Assembly: GCA_002781265.1 (NCBI GenBank)
Contig: PETS01000021.1
Span: 1-38,624 of the forward strand
Source: Candidatus Falkowbacteria bacterium CG02_land_8_20_14_3_00_36_14
GTDB taxonomy: Bacteria > Patescibacteriota > Patescibacteriia > Patescibacteriales > UM-FILTER-36-11
Direction of reading: 5' to 3'
Length of the DNA: 38,624 bases
Made by a program: the position numbers and the translations under genes. The first letter of the stretch is position 1, and each line of letters starts with the position of its first letter. Positions 32,963-38,624 of this stretch are shown here, in pieces. Below the pieces are notes generated by a model, which was not told the origin of the DNA, did not search any database, and was given only the letters and a program-made list of their open reading frames with translations.

Positions 32963-33865
32963 ATGGCAAAATGTTTAGTGACCGGTGGAGCCGGGTTTAT
33001 CGGCTCCAATTTAACCGACGTTTTAATAGAGCGCGGAGATAAAGTTATTATTATTGATAATTTGTCCACCGGTAAAAAAGAAAATTTAAATTCTCAAGCA
33101 AGATTTTATGAAAAAGATTTAAGAAATTTAGAAGATATCAAACCGTTATTCAAAGGAGTTGATTATGTTTTTCACGAAGCGGCCTTGGCGCGCGTCCAGC
33201 CGTCAATTATAGATCCGGTTAATTATAATGACCACAATGTCAACGGCACTTTAAACGTATTAGTCGCCGCTAAAGACGCGGGCGTAAAAAAGGTGGTTTA
33301 TGCCGCTTCCTCTTCCGCTTACGGCGATCAGAAAAAAATGCCTTTAACCGAGGATATGCCGGCCAATCCCATCAGCCCTTATGGACTGCAAAAATATATA
33401 GGCGAGGAGTATTGCCGTTTGTTCAGTTATGTTTATAAGCTGCCGACTGTTTGTTTGCGGTATTTTAATGTATTCGGGCCCCATATGGTCAAAGAGGGAG
33501 CTTATGCTTCGGTAGTGGCTATATTTTCCAGCCAGCGTAAAAATAACCAGTCATTAACAATAGTCGGTGACGGGGAGCAATTGCGCACTTATACTTTTGT
33601 TAAAGATATTGCGCGGGCAAATATACTGGCCGCGGAAAGTGGAATAGCGGATGGCCGGCCGATTAATACCGGCCAAAGCAATGAATACAGCGTTAACGAC
33701 ATAGCCAAAATGATCGGCGGTCCGGCCGTTAATATAGAACTGCGCATTGAGCCGCGCCGGAATTTATGCTCTAACGCTTTAGCTAAAAAATTATTAGGAT
33801 GGGAACCGAAAGTCAAACTGCATGAGTGGATAGGAGAATATAAAAAAGAAATAGGAATAAATTAG
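32963..33865 (+). CDS. NAD-dependent nucleotide-sugar epimerase/dehydratase (GalE/UXS-like SDR)
   Basis: GGAGFIGSNL Rossmann motif, SSSAYG, and catalytic YxxxK (YGLQK); 300 aa. Confidence 0.9.
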   Translation: MAKCLVTGGAGFIGSNLTDVLIERGDKVIIIDNLSTGKKENLNSQARFYEKDLRNLEDIKPLFKGVDYVFHEAALARVQPSIIDPVNYNDHNVNGTLNVLVAAKDAGVKKVVYAASSSAYGDQKKMPLTEDMPANPISPYGLQKYIGEEYCRLFSYVYKLPTVCLRYFNVFGPHMVKEGAYASVVAIFSSQRKNNQSLTIVGDGEQLRTYTFVKDIARANILAAESGIADGRPINTGQSNEYSVNDIAKMIGGPAVNIELRIEPRRNLCSNALAKKLLGWEPKVKLHEWIGEYKKEIGIN

Positions 33866-33928
33866 TTAGAAGTCAGCAGTCAATAATAAGGTCCTTAAAG
33901 TTAAATTTTTAAAGTTATAAATGACTTT

Positions 33929-35125
33929 ATGATTAAAAAAATACTTATTTTTTCAACCGCCTATCTGCCTTTAATCGGCGGAGCGGAAGTGGCTATAAAA
34001 GAGATTACTGACCGGATGGGAAATGAAGATTTTTCCGCCAGAGGCGGACCAGCGTTCATCTGGGATATGATAACGGCCAGAATTAAAAGAGATCTTCCGA
34101 AATTTGAACGTTTGGGCAATATTAATGTCTATAGAATCGGGCTTGGCTTAGGGGCGCTTGATAAAATAATTTTAGCAATGTTCGGAGCGTTTAAAGCCAG
34201 GCGGTTGGATAAAAAAAACAATTATGATGCTATCTGGTCCATAATGGCCAGCCAGGCGAGCATAGGGGCCGCGTTTTTTAAGATATTCAATAAAAATAAA
34301 AAGCTTATTCTTACGCTCCAGGAAGGAGACGAGGAGGAACATTTGGCGAGATATGTATTTAATATTAAATTTTTATACAAATTATTAGTCAGGCCTTGGC
34401 ATAGATTGGTTTTTAAAAAGGCGGATAAGGTAACAGCGATTAGTAACTATTTAAAAGAGCGGGCGATAAAAAATGGCGTGAAAGCGCCGGTTGAGATTAT
34501 TCCCAACGGAGTTGATATTAGGAATTATGAATTAAGAATTATGAATCATGAATTAAATAGATTAAAAAATAAATTAGGGATTAAAAAAAATGATAAAATA
34601 TTAATAACTACCGGCCGGTTGGTTAAAAAAAATGCGGTTGATGATATTATCAGATCTCTTACATGTTTGGATAGAAATATTAAATTTATAAGCTTGGGAG
34701 CAGGTCCGGATTTTGATAAATTAAAAAATTTAGCCAAAGAAACAGGAGTGGATAAAAGAGTATTGTTTTTACCTCTGGTTGAGAATAAAGATGTAATAAA
34801 ATATTTAAAAATAGCTGATATATTCATTCGGCCGTCTCTTTCCGAGGGGCTGGGGAATTCATTTTTAGAAGCGATGGCGGCCGGAATTCCGGTAATCGGT
34901 ACGCCTGTCGGCGGCATACCTGATTTTTTAATTAATAATGAAACAGGTTTTTTTTGCGAAGTGCAGAATCCAAAAAGCATTGCTGAAAAAGTGAATTATA
35001 TTTTAGACGAAAAGAATAAAGAAGCGGTATTAAAAGTAAAAGAAAATGCCTGCCGGCTGGTTGCGGAAAAATACAATTGGGATAAGATTGCGGAAAAAAT
35101 GAAAAATATTTTTAATATTTTATAA
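33929..35125 (+). CDS. GT4-family glycosyltransferase
   Basis: 398 aa with SEGLGNSFLEAMAAGIPVIGTPVGGIPDFL. It contains in-frame repeat-derived segments (see findings). Confidence 0.9.
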   Translation: MIKKILIFSTAYLPLIGGAEVAIKEITDRMGNEDFSARGGPAFIWDMITARIKRDLPKFERLGNINVYRIGLGLGALDKIILAMFGAFKARRLDKKNNYDAIWSIMASQASIGAAFFKIFNKNKKLILTLQEGDEEEHLARYVFNIKFLYKLLVRPWHRLVFKKADKVTAISNYLKERAIKNGVKAPVEIIPNGVDIRNYELRIMNHELNRLKNKLGIKKNDKILITTGRLVKKNAVDDIIRSLTCLDRNIKFISLGAGPDFDKLKNLAKETGVDKRVLFLPLVENKDVIKYLKIADIFIRPSLSEGLGNSFLEAMAAGIPVIGTPVGGIPDFLINNETGFFCEVQNPKSIAEKVNYILDEKNKEAVLKVKENACRLVAEKYNWDKIAEKMKNIFNIL

Positions 35126-35140
35126 AACTTGTCATTTGCA

Positions 35141-35689
35141 ATGGCAAGTTATAAATTTATGGATAAAAAAACTAAAATTATTATCGCGGTTCTAATTATT
35201 ATTTTAGCCGCGGCTTCCAGATTGGTTAAACACCCTTTTAATTTTACGCCAGTCGTGGCTATGTCTATTTTTGCCGGCTGTTATTTGGAAAAGAAATGGG
35301 CTGTGATATTACCTATCGTCTCAATGCTGGTCAGTGATTATTTCATCGGCTTTTACGATTGGCAGGTAATGGCTTCCGTTTATATTAGCATATCTTTGGC
35401 TTTTCTTATCGGCTGGTTTTTGCAAAAAAGAAAAAATTGGAAAAGTATCGTTTTGGCATCTTTAGCCGCCTCTTTGATTTTTTTTATTGTAACCAATTTC
35501 GCGGTCTGGGTTTTTTTTAAATGGTATCCGCATACTTGGGCGGGCCTGATTGATTGTTTTATTTTAGCCCTGCCTTTTTACAGAAATACTTTAGCCGGAG
35601 ATTTATTTTATACCGGAGTATTTTTCGGCATATATGAGATTATTTTATTATGGAGAGAGAAACGAATAACGGAATTAGTCAGAAATTAA
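35141..35689 (+). CDS. integral membrane protein, DUF6580-like putative transporter component (start uncertain: 35129 TTG / 35141 ATG / 35159 ATG)
   Basis: About 5 TM helices. The SRLVKHPFNFTPVVAMSIFAG pattern is recalled from the DUF6580 family. Confidence 0.65.
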   Translation: MASYKFMDKKTKIIIAVLIIILAAASRLVKHPFNFTPVVAMSIFAGCYLEKKWAVILPIVSMLVSDYFIGFYDWQVMASVYISISLAFLIGWFLQKRKNWKSIVLASLAASLIFFIVTNFAVWVFFKWYPHTWAGLIDCFILALPFYRNTLAGDLFYTGVFFGIYEIILLWREKRITELVRN

Positions 35690-35723
35690 TAAATACCTTA
35701 TAAGAAAAGTATAATAAATTATT

Positions 35724-37367
35724 ATGTTAAAATTTTTATTTAGGCAAATTTATAATAATAAACGGATAATAAAATATTTAATATCCGGCGGCACAGCGGC
35801 ATTTGTTGATATTGTATTATTATATATTTTTACTGATTTTTTTGGTTTATGGTATTTATTATCAGCTATAATATCTTTTTTAATTGCTTATTTTGTCAGT
35901 TTTTATCTGCAGAAATTTTGGACTTTTAGGGATAATACTCTTCATAATATCCGCCGGCAGATGATTATTTACTTTATTGTCGGAGTAACCAATTTAGGAA
36001 TAAATACCGCCGGCATGTATTTATTGGTTGACAAGTTTAAACGGCATTATTTAATCGCGCAGATAATAATGGGCGCTTTAATCAGTTTTAGCAGTTATTT
36101 AATTTACAGATTTTTTATATTTTCTAAAAAAGATAATTCAATAAATAAAAAATATAATAAAAATTCAATGGAAGATGATAAAGAAAATAAAAGATTAAAA
36201 GTGTTAATCGCCACCGGCATCTATCCGCCTGATATCGGCGGACCGGCGACTATAATTAAATCTTTAGTAAAATCTTTGAAAGAAAATAATATAAAAATAA
36301 AAATTATCAGTTATGGTGATAATATTAATTTAGAGAATAAAAAAATAAAATTTTATGATAAAGAATTATATTTAGTGGATAGAAAGAAAATAACCAGGCA
36401 TATTAAATATTTTTTAGCAATGTATAAGCTGGCACAATGGTCTCAAGTTATTTATGTTACAGATATTTACAGCGTTGGTTATTTTGCTTATCTTTTGCAT
36501 AAAATTATGGGTAAAAAATATATTGTTCGCTTCGCCGGCGATAGCGCTTGGGAAACTTCGGCCGCTAACGGCTGGATTAATGATTATATTATTGATTTTC
36601 AAAATAAAAAATATAATAATAAAATTGAAAAATTAAAAACTAAAAGGAAGAAGATATTAATAAATGCTGATAAAATAATCGCAGTTAGCAAATTTATGTC
36701 AAAAATAGCTTTAATAATTGGAGTAAAAAAAGAAAATATTGAAGTTATTTATAATTCAGTAGATTTTAATGATTTAGTGGACATAAAAGAAAAGGAAGTG
36801 GAAGAGATTAGAAAAAAATATGGTTTAGGCGCAAAAATTATAATTACTTCTTGCCGCTTAACTCCTTGGAAAGGCGTGGATGAAATTATTAAAATATTGC
36901 CTGATTTAATTACAAAAATTGGACGGTTAAGTTTTATAATTATCGGCAATGGCCGGGAATTGGACAAGCTAAAAAAATTATCCGAAAAATTGAATATTAG
37001 GGACAATGTATTTTTCTTAGGCAGATTAAAGCACGAAGAAACTTTAAAGTATATAAAAGCCGCTGATTTGTATATTTTAAATTCAAATTATGAAGGATTA
37101 TCGCACGCCCTTCTTGACGCCATGTATATGAAAACTCCAATTTTATCGACAAAAGTCGGCGGCAATACGGAATTAATCCAAAGCGGAAAAGAAGGAATTT
37201 TAGTGGAATATAATAATAAAGAAGAGCTCTTAAACTCTTGCTTTAGTATTTTAAATAACTATAATCTAGCTCAAGAATTCACAAATAATGCGAAAAGAAA
37301 ATTAATAAATTTTAACTGGAATAATACTGTAGATAGAACAGTAAAATTATTATTTGAATATGCCTAA
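35724..37367 (+). CDS. GtrA-like membrane domain fused to GT4 glycosyltransferase
   Basis: The N-terminal ~130 aa has 4 TM helices (LISGGTAAFVDIVLLYIFTDFFG...YLQKFWTFRD). The C-terminal GT4 domain carries YEGLSHALLDAMYMKTPILSTKVGGNTELI. Confidence 0.85.
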   Translation: MLKFLFRQIYNNKRIIKYLISGGTAAFVDIVLLYIFTDFFGLWYLLSAIISFLIAYFVSFYLQKFWTFRDNTLHNIRRQMIIYFIVGVTNLGINTAGMYLLVDKFKRHYLIAQIIMGALISFSSYLIYRFFIFSKKDNSINKKYNKNSMEDDKENKRLKVLIATGIYPPDIGGPATIIKSLVKSLKENNIKIKIISYGDNINLENKKIKFYDKELYLVDRKKITRHIKYFLAMYKLAQWSQVIYVTDIYSVGYFAYLLHKIMGKKYIVRFAGDSAWETSAANGWINDYIIDFQNKKYNNKIEKLKTKRKKILINADKIIAVSKFMSKIALIIGVKKENIEVIYNSVDFNDLVDIKEKEVEEIRKKYGLGAKIIITSCRLTPWKGVDEIIKILPDLITKIGRLSFIIIGNGRELDKLKKLSEKLNIRDNVFFLGRLKHEETLKYIKAADLYILNSNYEGLSHALLDAMYMKTPILSTKVGGNTELIQSGKEGILVEYNNKEELLNSCFSILNNYNLAQEFTNNAKRKLINFNWNNTVDRTVKLLFEYA

Positions 37368-38561
37368 AGTTTTATTAATAAATCCTCCTTTTAACATAAC
37401 CAAAGAAAATTATGAAAGTTAAATTTCTGTCGGTCTTTTAAGTATCGCCACCTATTTAGATAGCATTGGCATTGACGTGGAGATAGTTGACGGCGTGCGG
37501 CAGAAAAATTATTTTGTCTTAGTAAAAGAAAAAATTGTAAGTTGCAAATTCGTCTGTCTTTCAGTTATGACCATGCAGATTTCCCGCGCTTTTGAGATTT
37601 GCCGCTTAATCAGAGAATTAAATCCCGAATGTAAAATTATTTGGGGAGGATCTCACCCCACTTTCTTCATCAAAGAAACCGCGATTATCCTTTAGTTGAT
37701 ATCGTCTGCTACGGCGAAGGCGAAATAACTACGCGGGAAATTGTTGAAGGAAAAAATTTATCGGAGATAAACGGAATCGCGTACAAAAAGGACGGAGAAG
37801 TAATAGTAAATCCTCCAAGAGAGCTTCACGATCCGGCGAAAATGCCCCTCTTTAAATGGGAGCTGGTGCTAAAAGAAATTTTGCATAATTTATATTTAAT
37901 CCCCTCGTTGACTTCCCGCGGCTGTCCGCACCGATGCACCTTTTGCATTAACGCTATTTTAAAAAATAAATGGCGGGCTCGGACGGCCGAGCAGGTTTTA
38001 AATGATTTGGAAATTATAAAAAGCAAAGAATATTTTCAAAATAAAAAATTGCGTTTTTGGGATGAAAATTTTTTCGTTGATATTAACAGGGCGAAAGAAA
38101 TAATTAACGGCATGATAGAGAGAAATTTAATAATGCCGTGGGAAACAACGATTAGAGCAGATTACGTAAAAGAGGGAAGGGTTGATGACGAATTGATGGC
38201 GAAATTAAAAAAATCCGGCTGCAACCTTCTTTCATTCGGCGCGGAGTTCGGTAGCCCTGTGATTTTAAAAAAAATCAATAAGGATATTGCTCCGGAAGAT
38301 ATTTTAAATTCCGCTAAAATGTGCTTAAGGCATGATATTATTCCCCAATATTCATTTATGATAGGCCTTCCCGGAGAGACAAAAAAAGATATGATGATTC
38401 GCTTAATTGATAAATTAATAAAATTAAGCCCCAAGGTGCAAATTTTGGGTCCGCAGGCGTTCCGGCCTTATCCGGGTTCAACCCTTTATGAAGAATGCAA
38501 GTCAGCCGGCTGGAAAGAGCCGGAATCGCTTGAAGAATGGAAAGAATATTCGGAAAATTAA
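37360..38561 (+). pseudogene. B12-binding-domain radical SAM enzyme, disrupted (in-frame TAA + 1-nt frameshift)
   Basis: MPKVLLINPPF... stops at TAA 37420-37422 and continues in the same frame (ISVGLLSIATYL...IWGGSHPTFFIKETA). It then shifts frame near 37681-37684 into DYPLVDIVCYGEGE...SRGCPHRCTFC (CxxxCxxC). Confidence 0.8.
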
Positions 38562-38624
38562 TTAAGCTATCTGGATATTAAAAATTTTCTTTGGGTTAAA
38601 GACAAAAATTTCGTTGAATCAATG

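Noticed and set aside
32458-37422. Possibility that the in-frame TAA codons (32458, 37420) reflect stop-codon reassignment.
   Set aside because: TAA is the normal terminator of most clearly complete genes here (rlmN, HU, sigma factor, GT4 genes and others). No bacterial TAA reassignment is established, and other lesions in the same genes are frameshifts. Pseudogenisation or sequence error is more economical.
950-38434. Other short antisense or overlapping ORFs in the track: 950-1132, 1264-1497, 1579-1767, 4525-4737, 4933-7233 set, 15362-15550, 17336-17530, 23904-24392, 26348-26590, 29925-30227, 31596-31826, 33589-33816, 34546-34980, 36414-37006 set, 37826-38026, 38162-38434.
   Set aside because: Each lies wholly within a longer ORF on the opposite strand or frame that has clear family motifs. 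None has recognisable motifs of its own.
1-38624. Search for tRNA, rRNA, tmRNA, RNase P and SRP RNA signatures in all spacers.
   Set aside because: No T-loop GGTTCGAATCC-type motif, cloverleaf-compatible segment or conserved core sequence of these RNAs was recognisable by eye. A covariance-model scan would be needed to be certain.

Overview
This is a 38.6-kb AT-rich bacterial window. I saw no rRNA, tRNA or CRISPR array. Several signatures suggest a Patescibacteria/CPR-like genome, by inference only: a DUF5667-type partner of an ECF sigma factor, a GxILLxxExxGExxYVNP...YLGRPADAFAVMR repeat protein, Wzy_C-TPR proteins, and GC-rich palindromes in very AT-rich spacers.

Layout:
- 0.1-4.7 kb: housekeeping genes (rlmN, an ABC-2 exporter pair, a YgjP-like metallohydrolase, a membrane protein, HU).
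- 4.8-14.7 kb, minus strand: two huge extracellular-type mosaic proteins (2,411 aa and 898 aa) separated only by a frame change.
- 14.7-18.6 kb: a small membrane ORF, an excisionase-type HTH gene, a 513-bp extremely AT-rich divergent spacer with operator-like inverted repeats, an ECF sigma factor with a DUF5667 membrane protein, and a SAM methyltransferase.
- 18.6-19.1 kb: a hairpin-dense spacer that looks GC-richer than the other spacers (candidate RNA).
- 19.1-22.8 kb: a 1,229-aa signal-peptide repeat protein (S-layer/adhesin-like).
- 22.9-23.6 kb: an MNT-HepT toxin-antitoxin pair with a frameshifted hepT.
- 23.6-29.5 kb: a PA14 protein, a small coiled-coil protein and two tandem Wzy_C (O-antigen-ligase-like)-TPR paralogs.
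- 29.7-38.6 kb: a glycan-synthesis cluster. It holds three GT4 genes (one a GtrA-GT4 fusion), a short UGDH-like dehydrogenase, an epimerase, a membrane protein and a disrupted B12-radical-SAM gene.
- Inside that cluster sits a REPtron-like unit: a RAYT/IS200-like gene with an in-frame TAA, flanked by 19-bp inverted repeats, a 131-nt hairpin and two 99-bp direct repeats.

Working hypothesis: a surface-protein plus glycosylation island. All domain calls come from motif recognition by eye; no searches were run.
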